From positions 1 to 42,371 of IMG/VR virus record IMGVR_UViG_3300037339_000442: DNA of 42,371 nt; one strand, 5' to 3'. Below are positions 1 to 7,925 of this stretch, one piece after another. The notes below the pieces were generated by a model. It had not been told where the DNA came from. It worked only from the letters and a program-made list of their open reading frames with translations, and made no database searches. Source of the DNA: a virus. Lineage: Duplodnaviria; Caudoviricetes. The position numbers and the translations under genes were made by a program. Every line of letters starts with the position of its first letter. Positions within the stretch are counted from its first letter, which is position 1.

Positions 1-99
1 TCCCCCGAGACTTCTCTTGCTTCGTGCTTGCTACCATATAGCCTCCCCTCCTCAGGACTGAGCCTTGTTCCTCTATAATTATATTATACGTGTCAAGTC
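1..99. repeat. Terminal direct repeat, copy 1 (99 bp; circularisation overlap)
   Basis: tcccccgagac...tgtcaagtc is identical to 42150-42248. Confidence 0.95.
78..96 (-). promoter_or_regulatory. TTGACA-N7-TATAAT element upstream of the HTH/primase-helicase operon (same site as 42227-42245)
   Basis: Reverse strand reads TTGACA cgtataa TATAAT tata, followed by an AGGAGG RBS and the ATG at 42186. Confidence 0.7.
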
Positions 100-141
100 T
101 GTCCCAGGATTCCTGGCTCTACGAGGGCGCTTACACAGAGA

Positions 142-179
142 CAGCGGCAGCGGCTGGTCTAACCACGCCGCTGCTGCTG
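142..179. terminator. GC-rich hairpin at the end of the early operon (putative terminator)
   Basis: cagcggcagcggc...gccgctgctgctg inverted repeat just after the stop of 202..384. Confidence 0.5.
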
Positions 180-201
180 ACTCCAGGCTGCTAGCCGCCT
201 C

Positions 202-384
202 CTAGTGGCATCTGGCTAGCAGGATCACGCCTGCCGCTAGAGCTATCGACAGGAGCAGGATAACTACCAGCTCCCTCCCACTCGGGCGGTCGTCGTACTG
301 GACCTGCCGAGGATGAGGCCAGTCGGGATACTCCCGGTTGTTCCAGTAGTCTCGCTCGGCTTGGTCAAGATCGTCTGAGTCCAT
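202..384 (-). CDS. Small membrane protein (C-terminal TM helix)
   Basis: GGAGG RBS upstream; hydrophobic LVVILLLSIALAAGVILL. Confidence 0.7.
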   Translation of the reverse strand: MDSDDLDQAERDYWNNREYPDWPHPRQVQYDDRPSGRELVVILLLSIALAAGVILLARCH

Positions 385-416
385 GTCCTCTCACCTCCAT
401 TTCATACGGACTCCAG

Positions 417-467
417 AAACTTAGCGACCCCTCTATCCCTTAAGGGATAAGAGGGGCCGCTAAGTTT
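417..467. repeat. Imperfect palindrome/hairpin of about 51 bp
   Basis: aaacttagcg-acccct-ctatccct-taa-gggata-agagggg-c-cgctaagttt, intergenic. Confidence 0.75.
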
Positions 468-479
468 ACTGGCTTGAAC

Positions 480-1541
480 CTATGCCTTCTTCGCCACTTT
501 GACGAGCATCCGTTCTCTGGCTTCTCGGATGTCATCGTATATGCGGTTCATCTGAAGGATGAGGTTCAATGCCTCTTCCTTCTTCGCCGCCTTCCGGCCC
601 AGCAGGACGCTGCGCATGTTCCGATCTAGTGCGAGTCCATCCTTCCGGGTATGACTTGATGCGCGGTGGTCGATGTAGCCTGTTACTCCCTGGAGCAGGG
701 ACCAGGCCGAGAGGTTCCCCCCACGATATTTGGCCTCAGCCTTCAGGTTCTGGCCTATGGCTACCACCGCCGCGTCGTGGGCAGACTTGACTTGCTGAGG
801 GGCGTCCTTCTCAGGTGGCGGGAATAAAGCCCGTAAGAACTTGTCCACCTGTGGAAGCCCGTCTCGCTCGTCGAGGATTCCAGCAGCCTGCTCGAAGAGC
901 CTGAACTCGACGGCCGAGAGCCTGAGAAGTTGCCTCGCCTGCGAGACTCGTTCCTTCAGGCTTCCCCGATGCTTGATGTTGACGTCGTATATCCGGCCCG
1001 AGGTTCTTGTGGCTCCCCGGCTTGCCTCGCCGAGTGCCATATTGACGGTGTTCCAGCAGACTGGACGGACTGACGTCGGGACTACCTGGAGAGAGGTCTT
1101 GCGGTCGTGGCCAGTGTAGAGCAAGAGATACTTATAGACCTTGTCCCTGCCCCCGACGATTATATCGTCTGGAATCCTGGCTGTGATGAAGACCTTCTTG
1201 CCGCCAAAGAGTGAGCCGGCGCTCTCATACTTGAGATCACCGCTTGCGACCAGCTCATCCATGAACTCAAAGCACTCCAGGTTTTGGAAAGGCGAGTATT
1301 CGGGGCTCGCCATCCCCAGGACTCTGTCGTCCTCTACGCGGACGATGCCCCTCCACTCAGAAGCCTCTATGAACTTCCGCCCTATCTTGACGTAGGCGGG
1401 CATCAGCTTCACAGTGGTATCTAGCTGGGCCAACCTTATGGCCTCAGCACTAGTCGGAGCCTCCTCGACTCCGACGCCTAGCCCATGCCAGGGCACCTCC
1501 CCGGCATAGAACATCTTGTTGCCTTCGATCATGTGGGCCAT
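480..1541 (-). CDS. DUF932/DUF945 (TIGR03299-like) phage/plasmid protein
   Basis: N-terminal MAH...PWHGLG, YSPFQN, ESAGSLFGGK, TSVRPVCWNT motifs; start set at MAH (1541), which has an AGGAG-rich RBS. Confidence 0.85.
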   Translation of the reverse strand: MAHMIEGNKMFYAGEVPWHGLGVGVEEAPTSAEAIRLAQLDTTVKLMPAYVKIGRKFIEASEWRGIVRVEDDRVLGMASPEYSPFQNLECFEFMDELVASGDLKYESAGSLFGGKKVFITARIPDDIIVGGRDKVYKYLLLYTGHDRKTSLQVVPTSVRPVCWNTVNMALGEASRGATRTSGRIYDVNIKHRGSLKERVSQARQLLRLSAVEFRLFEQAAGILDERDGLPQVDKFLRALFPPPEKDAPQQVKSAHDAAVVAIGQNLKAEAKYRGGNLSAWSLLQGVTGYIDHRASSHTRKDGLALDRNMRSVLLGRKAAKKEEALNLILQMNRIYDDIREARERMLVKVAKKA

Positions 1542-1543
1542 TC

Positions 1544-1861
1544 TTAGACCTCTCTCTCCTGAGTGTCGATATGGCATGGGCAGGCGCACCCATAACCTCC
1601 AATGATTGGCGTACTCCTGAAGCCGTCCTTGCATTCATCGCATGCGCCGGTATGTGGGCCTTCCCACTCCTCGGGGTGCTGGTGATGCCGAGTCTCGGAC
1701 TGGAGCCTCCTTGTCCGAGCCTGTACCCTTGAGGGTGCATGCCTCCAGCACCACCACTTACCATCCTCGAAGATTGTGGCCCGAGTCATGCATGTCCCAT
1801 ACGAGTAAATCGGGCCATCCTTCTTGTGTCCCGAGCATTCGTGTTCGACCACTGCCTTCAC
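1544..1861 (-). CDS. Cys/His-rich hypothetical protein (possible Zn-binding)
   Basis: Fills the operon gap with an overlapping start/stop; CWRH, CDEC, CACPCH motifs. Confidence 0.6.
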   Translation of the reverse strand: MKAVVEHECSGHKKDGPIYSYGTCMTRATIFEDGKWWCWRHAPSRVQARTRRLQSETRHHQHPEEWEGPHTGACDECKDGFRSTPIIGGYGCACPCHIDTQEREV

Positions 1862-2562
1862 CTTCCTTCCCCCAGCCTGCGCTGGTTCCTGAGGTTGATT
1901 GTCTGGCCGGCGGCCCGTCCCTCGCGGTGCCCACCTTCTCTGATGTTGATATTCCCTTGACGAACTGACCGTAGGCGGCCGAAGGCGTTCATAAAGTCAT
2001 CGACCTCTTGCGTATGCCGAACTACCAAGGCCACGCTGCTCGCGGGCAGTGCCGCCATCTGCGCCCTCCTCTCCTCGTAAAAGCGGTTATTGGCGGTGCT
2101 CGTAGCTCCCCAGCAGAAGGATATGCGGAAGGTTGCGGGATGCTCATCGTAGATGAGATGCTTCCGTGCGATGACAGCTTCCTGGGCGAGGCGACTTATC
2201 TCACCTGCGAGCCAGTTGAAGATGTCGATAGCGACTGTCGTGTCGGTTGGCTTCCCTACGAACCAGACTGTCCCGCCGCTCTCACCTCGTCCTCGGCGAA
2301 CCAGGACTCGGCAGAAGTTGTAGTTGGCTACTACGCTTGCGAGATAACGCCTCCACTTCTTGTCCGAGGCTCCCAGGCTGGTGGTCGTCCGTGCGACCCC
2401 TTCCTTGGTGGTGCTGGCGCCTTCTACCTGGGCCAGCGAGATATGGTACTTTAGCAGCAGCTCGTTAGCTTTGGCCGCTGCCGCTGCCGCCTCGTGCTCG
2501 TTACTACTGGTCGCCAGCGCTAGGCAGCGCCGGACCATCTCGATGATGCTCTCTTCCTTCAT
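1858..2562 (-). CDS. DUF2786-family protein
   Basis: N-terminal VRRCLALATSSNEHEAAAAAAKANELLLKY signature; GGAGG RBS. Confidence 0.85.
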   Translation of the reverse strand: MKEESIIEMVRRCLALATSSNEHEAAAAAAKANELLLKYHISLAQVEGASTTKEGVARTTTSLGASDKKWRRYLASVVANYNFCRVLVRRGRGESGGTVWFVGKPTDTTVAIDIFNWLAGEISRLAQEAVIARKHLIYDEHPATFRISFCWGATSTANNRFYEERRAQMAALPASSVALVVRHTQEVDDFMNAFGRLRSVRQGNINIREGGHREGRAAGQTINLRNQRRLGEGR

Positions 2563-2566
2563 TGTC

Positions 2567-2662
2567 CTAGCTCCTCCAAACTTGCCACACGACCAACCCC
2601 CAAGTCATCAGGGTGCTGGCCATAAGGCTTAGAATCACCTGGCTGATGAGATCTAAGCACAT
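2567..2662 (-). CDS. 31-aa hydrophobic peptide
   Basis: MCLDLISQVILSLMASTLMTWGLVVWQVWRS with a GAGGGAG RBS; fills the gap in the early operon. Confidence 0.45.
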   Translation of the reverse strand: MCLDLISQVILSLMASTLMTWGLVVWQVWRS

Positions 2663-2688
2663 CCTATTTACTCCCTCGCTATAGACTA

Positions 2689-2784
2689 CTCCGGCGGCTC
2701 CTGTGGCCTGAGGTTTGGCGGGTCCAGTCAGCTTACTGTATTCGGCTATATGGACCTTCCCCCAGGCCACAGGAGCCGCCGGAG
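2689..2784 (-). repeat. 22-bp perfect inverted repeat enclosing an inner stem (structured RNA candidate)
   Basis: ctccggcggctcctgtggcctg (2689-2710) pairs with 2763-2784; inner ggtcca/tggacc. Confidence 0.85.
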
Positions 2785-2790
2785 AAGCGG

Positions 2791-2952
2791 CTAGGACTTC
2801 TGTTGGAACGCCTGCTGTTGCTTACTATGCCACCGCAAGAACGCCTGCGCCTGCTCCTCGGTTTGAACCCTGTCTAGCTTTGCTGCGTCTGTCGGGAATT
2901 GCGCGGATAGGCGAGTTTGAATGTCTCTAACTTCCTGCAGGGCTGTTTTCAT
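2791..2952 (-). CDS. First early gene, 53-aa hypothetical protein
   Basis: MKTALQEVRD... with a GAAGGAG RBS. Confidence 0.7.
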   Translation of the reverse strand: MKTALQEVRDIQTRLSAQFPTDAAKLDRVQTEEQAQAFLRWHSKQQQAFQQKS

Positions 2953-2969
2953 CGTATATGCTCCTTCGT

Positions 2970-3245
2970 TAGTAGCCTGCCTCATCGGTGCTAGGCGGCA
3001 ACCCCTAGCAGACGGGGGAGCTTTCCCCCGTTATCGGCTTCCTTATATATTGTCGAATCCTTCTGGGCTTGCGGCCTTGCGGCTGACCTTCCCTTCCTCG
3101 GTATCCTCAGGGGCTTGCGGTAGTCCCGTTCCCGGTTTTCCTCGCCCTGTCGTGGCCTGGAGGATTGCTTCGGGCGGCTGTCGTGCCTGGGCGGGTTCCC
3201 TAGCGAGCCGTGTTAGCTGCCCCGTCGTCCTCGCTATCCCTACAA
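2970..3245 (-). ncRNA. Candidate structured 5' leader/ncRNA of the early transcript
   Basis: About 275 nt between the promoter and the first RBS, with several hairpins (acggggga/tcccccgt, tgctagg/cctagca, gccGCAAggc). Confidence 0.4.
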
Positions 3246-3249
3246 TATG

Positions 3250-3278
3250 ATTTTAAGGCTTGCCAGGAGTTCTGTCAA
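3250..3278 (-). promoter_or_regulatory. Sigma70/SigA-type early promoter
   Basis: TTGACA-17-TAAAAT with an AT-rich UP-like tract at 3280-3300. Confidence 0.85.
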
Positions 3279-3366
3279 TGATTTTCATAAATTATTTTGA
3301 ATCTGGGGAGGTGCTATTTTGACCCTTTCCTGAGCCTAAAAGCCCCCCAGAGCCTCTGAACGGGCA

Positions 3367-3385
3367 TTGACAAGGGGTATATAAT
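3367..3385 (+). promoter_or_regulatory. TTGACA-N7-TATAAT element upstream of the helicase operon
   Basis: caTTGACA aggggta TATAAT ttaa, then a GAGGAGG RBS and ATG 3404. Confidence 0.7.
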
Positions 3386-3403
3386 TTAAGCGAGGAGGGC
3401 AGG

Positions 3404-4030
3404 ATGGACCAACGAAACTATGACCTCGAAGTTACCAGAATCAAAGTCATCGAGTGGGGGAATCACCAGCGCTTCAAAAGGAAAGTCCCGGCGAGAATTG
3501 TCTCCAATCATCTTCTCTCTCTGGCGATGAAAGCTGAGAAGAGAGGGCAGGTTGCTGGGGCAGACTGGCTACGCTTCACCGCAGCTTCAGCTGCTCAACC
3601 CTATCTCTGGCTGAGCTATGTGCCGCCCTGGGCGGTACTTACGCACCTGGACGGCAAGCGGTTCAAGCAGATGTTCCATGACAAGCCCACCGCCACGGCT
3701 CGTATGAAGACTATTAAGAGGAAGCATCCTGGAGCGAAGGTTTACCTGGTCAATGTCTACCGCCCTCAGGACAAGAAACCGCCTGATCTCCAACTTGAGC
3801 CCGGCCAGCTCTATTGCCCCTGGTGCGGAGCAGGCCGCCGTTTCAAGCGCACCGAATACGGCTATACGCGCTGTCCTATATGCCATATCTCGACTGAGAA
3901 CTATTACACCCGAAAAGCTAATGGCTTAATGGATCATAGCACAGAGGAATCAAGAGAAGGGCGCCGGGAGATGAGACGGCGCAAGAAGGAAAGCCGCAGG
4001 AGGGTTCGTGGACAGAGTCTTCAAGACTAA
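3404..4030 (+). CDS. Basic hypothetical protein with C-terminal Zn-ribbon
   Basis: CPWC...CPIC; strong RBS; Arg-rich tail. Confidence 0.75.
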   Translation: MDQRNYDLEVTRIKVIEWGNHQRFKRKVPARIVSNHLLSLAMKAEKRGQVAGADWLRFTAASAAQPYLWLSYVPPWAVLTHLDGKRFKQMFHDKPTATARMKTIKRKHPGAKVYLVNVYRPQDKKPPDLQLEPGQLYCPWCGAGRRFKRTEYGYTRCPICHISTENYYTRKANGLMDHSTEESREGRREMRRRKKESRRRVRGQSLQD

Positions 4031-5411
4031 ACCTTATAAGCACCAAATCCGGGCTCTTCACCACCTCATAGCACACCGTGGCGGTGCCCTCCTAATGGAG
4101 CCTGGAACGGGCAAGACTAAAGTGGCCCTGGACTACTGCAATCATCTCAGGTTAAAAGCTAACCGTCTGCGACGTGTTCTGGTTGTTGCCCCTCTGGGCG
4201 TATTGTCGGTTTGGGAAGATGAGCTAGAGAGACATTTCGCAGGCGACTATCGAGTAGTCAGACTTCCCAAGGGATCAAAACGCGGACTTGCTCTAGCAGA
4301 GCTTCACGGCCTTCGGGAGATACCTAGCCGCCCAGTCTTCTTATTGATCAATTACGAGTTGTGCTGGAGAGTCCTGAAGGACTTGCTACTGTGGAAACCA
4401 CAGGTGGTGATAGCTGATGAGAGCCACCAGATCAAGCACCACAATGCTCGCAAGAGCCGCGCTCTTCACCGATTTGCCGACCTGGAACCTCCACCGCTGC
4501 GACTAATTCTTAGCGGGACTCCTATCACAAACTCGCCGCTGGACGCTTATAGCCAGTGGAGATTCCTCAACCCCGCCCGCTTCGGCACCCGTTATCGGTC
4601 ATTCAAAGAACGGTATGCTATCTGGGGCGGATATGGAGGATATGAACTTCTCTCATACCGGAACCTCGACGAACTCACAAAGAGAGTCGCAGCGGATTCA
4701 TTCATTATCAAGAAAAAAGACTGTCTGGACCTTCCAGCATCGACAGACTCCATCATTAGGGTTGCATCAGAACCTCATACCGATAAAGTCTATGCCGACA
4801 TGGCGCATGATCTCGTAGCTTTTATCACCGGTGCTGATAAGCCTGTTACTGCTCCGATCATTCTCACCAAACTACTTCGTCTATCCCAGATCACTGGAGG
4901 CTTCGCCAAGACGGATGACGGACAAATCGTAGACGTTGGAACCGAAAAGCGTGAAGCTCTTCGGGAATTGCTGGAAAGTCTGGATGATAAGCCAGTAGTT
5001 ATCTTCGCCCGCTTCCTGTGGGAGATAGGCCAATGCGCTGGGGTCGCAGGAAAACTGGAGCGATCAGCTCGAATCATCAGCGGTACTCAAGACCCATATA
5101 GCCGGGCGGAGTCTGTTAAGATGTTTCGTTCTGGAAAGGTCAATACCCTCATCTGTCAGATCGCAACAGGCGGGCTCGGCATAGACCTATCCGTCGCACA
5201 GTACGCCATCTTCTACAGCCTGGACTACTCCAGTGATCACTACATACAAGCCCGCGACAGACTACATCGCATCGGGCAGGAGAATCCCGTAACCTATTAT
5301 CATCTCATTATGGACAAGACTATTGATGGAATGATCCTTCGAGCCCTAAGAAATCACCGTAAAGTCTCAGACCTGATTCTAAGTAGCCCTCAGGTTCTGA
5401 TCGAACATTGA
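4008..5411 (+). CDS. SNF2-family (SF2) helicase/translocase
   Basis: EPGTGKT, DESH, LSGTP, GGLGIDL, QARDRLHRIGQ motifs. Confidence 0.95.
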   Translation: MDRVFKTKPYKHQIRALHHLIAHRGGALLMEPGTGKTKVALDYCNHLRLKANRLRRVLVVAPLGVLSVWEDELERHFAGDYRVVRLPKGSKRGLALAELHGLREIPSRPVFLLINYELCWRVLKDLLLWKPQVVIADESHQIKHHNARKSRALHRFADLEPPPLRLILSGTPITNSPLDAYSQWRFLNPARFGTRYRSFKERYAIWGGYGGYELLSYRNLDELTKRVAADSFIIKKKDCLDLPASTDSIIRVASEPHTDKVYADMAHDLVAFITGADKPVTAPIILTKLLRLSQITGGFAKTDDGQIVDVGTEKREALRELLESLDDKPVVIFARFLWEIGQCAGVAGKLERSARIISGTQDPYSRAESVKMFRSGKVNTLICQIATGGLGIDLSVAQYAIFYSLDYSSDHYIQARDRLHRIGQENPVTYYHLIMDKTIDGMILRALRNHRKVSDLILSSPQVLIEH

Positions 5412-5426
5412 CAGGTATAGTATAAT
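5408..5426 (+). promoter_or_regulatory. TTGACA-N7-TATAAT element upstream of the nucleotide/polymerase operon
   Basis: caTTGACA ggtatag TATAAT ttaa, then an AGGAGG RBS and GTG 5454. Confidence 0.7.
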
Positions 5427-5453
5427 TTAATCACCGGAGAACAGGAGGCTTCA

Positions 5454-5996
5454 GTGATAATCCTAGAGGGACCAGACGGAGCTGGGAAGACTACACTTGC
5501 CCATCTCATAGGCGACAGATTCGATCTCAAAGTCCTCCACTCCCCGGGCCCAGGGAATCTCCTCCACCTGTGGCTTCTTGAGGCGACTATACAGGAGAGA
5601 GCAGATCGCAGAAGTGATATTCTCCCCGCTCTCAGGCCGCAGGTTTATGACCGATTCTTCTTCTCAGAGCTAGTCTACGGACCAATTCTTCGCAAGCGGT
5701 CGTGTTACCCCCCCGAGTTTCATGGACTTTTCTTTAACTATATTCTCCCCTCCGCGCGTCCTCTCGTCATCTTCTGCCTTCCACCTCTCCACGAAATAAT
5801 CATAGCAGCCAAACACAATGAGCAGATGGACGGTGTTATGGAGCATTTAGATGAAATCTGGCAAGCCTACAACGTACGCATCCCCATCTGGATGGCCGGA
5901 TTACGCAGTTACGGCAACAATTCCCTCGTCTATCACTGGACCAATCTCGGAGAAGTCCTCAAAGCGGTTAGTCTGAAACTGGAGGGAAGGCATTGA
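5454..5996 (+). CDS. P-loop deoxynucleoside monophosphate kinase (thymidylate kinase-like)
   Basis: IILEGPDGAGKTT and YDRFFFSELVYG motifs. Confidence 0.9.
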   Translation: MIILEGPDGAGKTTLAHLIGDRFDLKVLHSPGPGNLLHLWLLEATIQERADRRSDILPALRPQVYDRFFFSELVYGPILRKRSCYPPEFHGLFFNYILPSARPLVIFCLPPLHEIIIAAKHNEQMDGVMEHLDEIWQAYNVRIPIWMAGLRSYGNNSLVYHWTNLGEVLKAVSLKLEGRH

Positions 5997-6409
5997 ACAT
6001 AAAAGACGTAAAACTCCCGGATGGGTGGGATGAGACGAGCGACATGCTCAAGGAGATGATGTTCATACAAGAGAGACAGGCACGCGCCTATATCGAGATA
6101 GAGGGCGACCGTCGTCCCACCCCCACCTTCCCGGTGGACCTCGACGACCCCCGTGGCCAGGACATGATCAAGGTCGTGTGTTATCTCATCGTCGAGGAGC
6201 TATCAGAGGCGACCAATTGCCTCAAGATGAAACCTCACTGTAAAACCCACATCCACACCGACCGCGACCACTTTTATGAAGAACTATCCGACGCGCTGCA
6301 CTTCTTCTTGGAGCTTCTGCTCCTCGTCGGACTCTCCGCTCAGGATGTCCTTAAGCTCTATCTACTCAAATCGCAGGTGAATGAATTCAGAAGGGAGTCT
6401 GGCTATTGA
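5993..6409 (+). CDS. All-alpha NTP pyrophosphatase (dimeric dUTPase/dCTPase/MazG-like)
   Basis: EELSE...EELSDALHF acidic motifs and a C-terminal KxxxNxxR pattern. Confidence 0.8.
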   Translation: MNIKDVKLPDGWDETSDMLKEMMFIQERQARAYIEIEGDRRPTPTFPVDLDDPRGQDMIKVVCYLIVEELSEATNCLKMKPHCKTHIHTDRDHFYEELSDALHFFLELLLLVGLSAQDVLKLYLLKSQVNEFRRESGY

Positions 6410-7248
6410 TCACTGAAACCTACTCGGATATGGTTGAACTCTATCACGGCATTGTGGGAACCCTTGCCTGGGGTGGTCCAGGAGTAGACCTGCCCCTTTC
6501 ACCGGCCACTCATAGCTTCGATAACCAGATCGTAGCCGAACAAGCCACTTTCGAGGAATTCAACCTCGGAAGCATCGGTATGCTGAAGCCCCGCTGGTCC
6601 AGGTTCTTAAACCAATATCTGGACCTCGACGATCTTCGCCGCTGGCTTCCTGTAGCCGCCAACGTCAAGAGATCAGCCACCGCTGGTATAATGACCAAGA
6701 CTGTCCCAGGCCACACCTGGGGAAACTGTCTGGTGGGGATAGTCTTCAGATGCGAACCCAAGCCTACACTTACCCTGCAATCAAGAACCAGCAGCATAGT
6801 CCCCACAGGGGGCATCGACCTGGCTTTCGGCTCCGTCATCGCCCGCGAGATAGCACATTTAAGAGGAATAGACCAGCGAGATATTCGCTTCATTTGGACC
6901 GTGTCCGATCTGTTCCTCAGTGGAGTTTACTGGCTTCCTTATCTATCCAGCCTGGGACTCAAGACTGAAGAGAAGTTCAGGAAGTGCGGTTCCAAGACCG
7001 CGAAGACTACTGAGAGAGCGTTTCGCAGATGGATTAGTCGCTACCGGCGAAAGGACTGCTGCGAACACTGGGTCAATTGCCTCCGTCGGACTATCCGCAA
7101 GCGAATAGAGTTCTGCCCATACGATGATGAGGAGTGCCGGGAGAATCTGCCCAAGTTTTCACCAACGGCGAGAGCTATCGAACGGTACGTCCGAATCCAG
7201 CGCGGTACGATGCAGAAATGTCTCGTGAAGGAGCTAATCTTGCCATGA
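6406..7248 (+). CDS. Divergent thymidylate-synthase-fold protein
   Basis: GNCL...F...L.LQSRTS...GGIDL aligns by eye with the TS PC...QF...QRS.D...N/D core; translationally coupled to the next TS-like gene. Confidence 0.55.
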   Translation: MITETYSDMVELYHGIVGTLAWGGPGVDLPLSPATHSFDNQIVAEQATFEEFNLGSIGMLKPRWSRFLNQYLDLDDLRRWLPVAANVKRSATAGIMTKTVPGHTWGNCLVGIVFRCEPKPTLTLQSRTSSIVPTGGIDLAFGSVIAREIAHLRGIDQRDIRFIWTVSDLFLSGVYWLPYLSSLGLKTEEKFRKCGSKTAKTTERAFRRWISRYRRKDCCEHWVNCLRRTIRKRIEFCPYDDEECRENLPKFSPTARAIERYVRIQRGTMQKCLVKELILP

Positions 7249-7925
7249 GGGTATTCAAGACACACGCCGAAGCCCTGGATGAGATAACCCGCGACCTCGG
7301 AGAACGTGGCACCAGGGTTCATCCTGAGACGATGCAAGACAAAGACATCTCGGACAGCCCCGACTATGACACCTGCGAGCTAACGGATTACACCTATTGC
7401 GTCCTCGACTCTCAGGACTTCGCCGGCCTGGAACCCACGCAACCGTGGGCAGATTTGGAGTTTGGCGAGAGAGTCTCAGGCGAGATGATCAACCCGGGAG
7501 AAGCCTGGCATGCCCGCGAGGAGCTTTGGGAAGAGTACCTGGAACCGCACCTCGGCCTCTTTGCTTATACATATCCGGAGCGATACCTTCGCCAACCCCA
7601 CGCAATCGCAGCTGAGCTTCTCAAGCATCCTCACTCACGTCAACTCTTCTTGGGAATGTGGGAGCCAACGACTGATACCCTACGATTCGGTCGCAGGCGA
7701 GTTCCCTGCTCACTCGGCTATCAGTTCCTCTATCGCGACGGATTGCTTCATATCACCTATTTCCAGCGGTCAGCAGATTTTGCTAACCATTTCCGCAACG
7801 ACGTCTATCTCGCCTGCCGCCTGCTCGCATGGGTAGCAGAGCGGGCAGGAATGACCCCGGGGCGATTCACTCACCATATCACCTCGCTTCACGTTTACCA
7901 GAAGGATGTGAGAGGAGTCTTTTAA
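7245..7925 (+). CDS. Thymidylate synthase/dCMP hydroxymethylase-family enzyme (Asp at the base-specificity position)
   Basis: SRQ, VPCSLGYQF, QRSADFANHFRND, SLHVY motifs; ATGA overlap start at 7245 with a GAAGGAG RBS. Confidence 0.9.
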   Translation: MRVFKTHAEALDEITRDLGERGTRVHPETMQDKDISDSPDYDTCELTDYTYCVLDSQDFAGLEPTQPWADLEFGERVSGEMINPGEAWHAREELWEEYLEPHLGLFAYTYPERYLRQPHAIAAELLKHPHSRQLFLGMWEPTTDTLRFGRRRVPCSLGYQFLYRDGLLHITYFQRSADFANHFRNDVYLACRLLAWVAERAGMTPGRFTHHITSLHVYQKDVRGVF

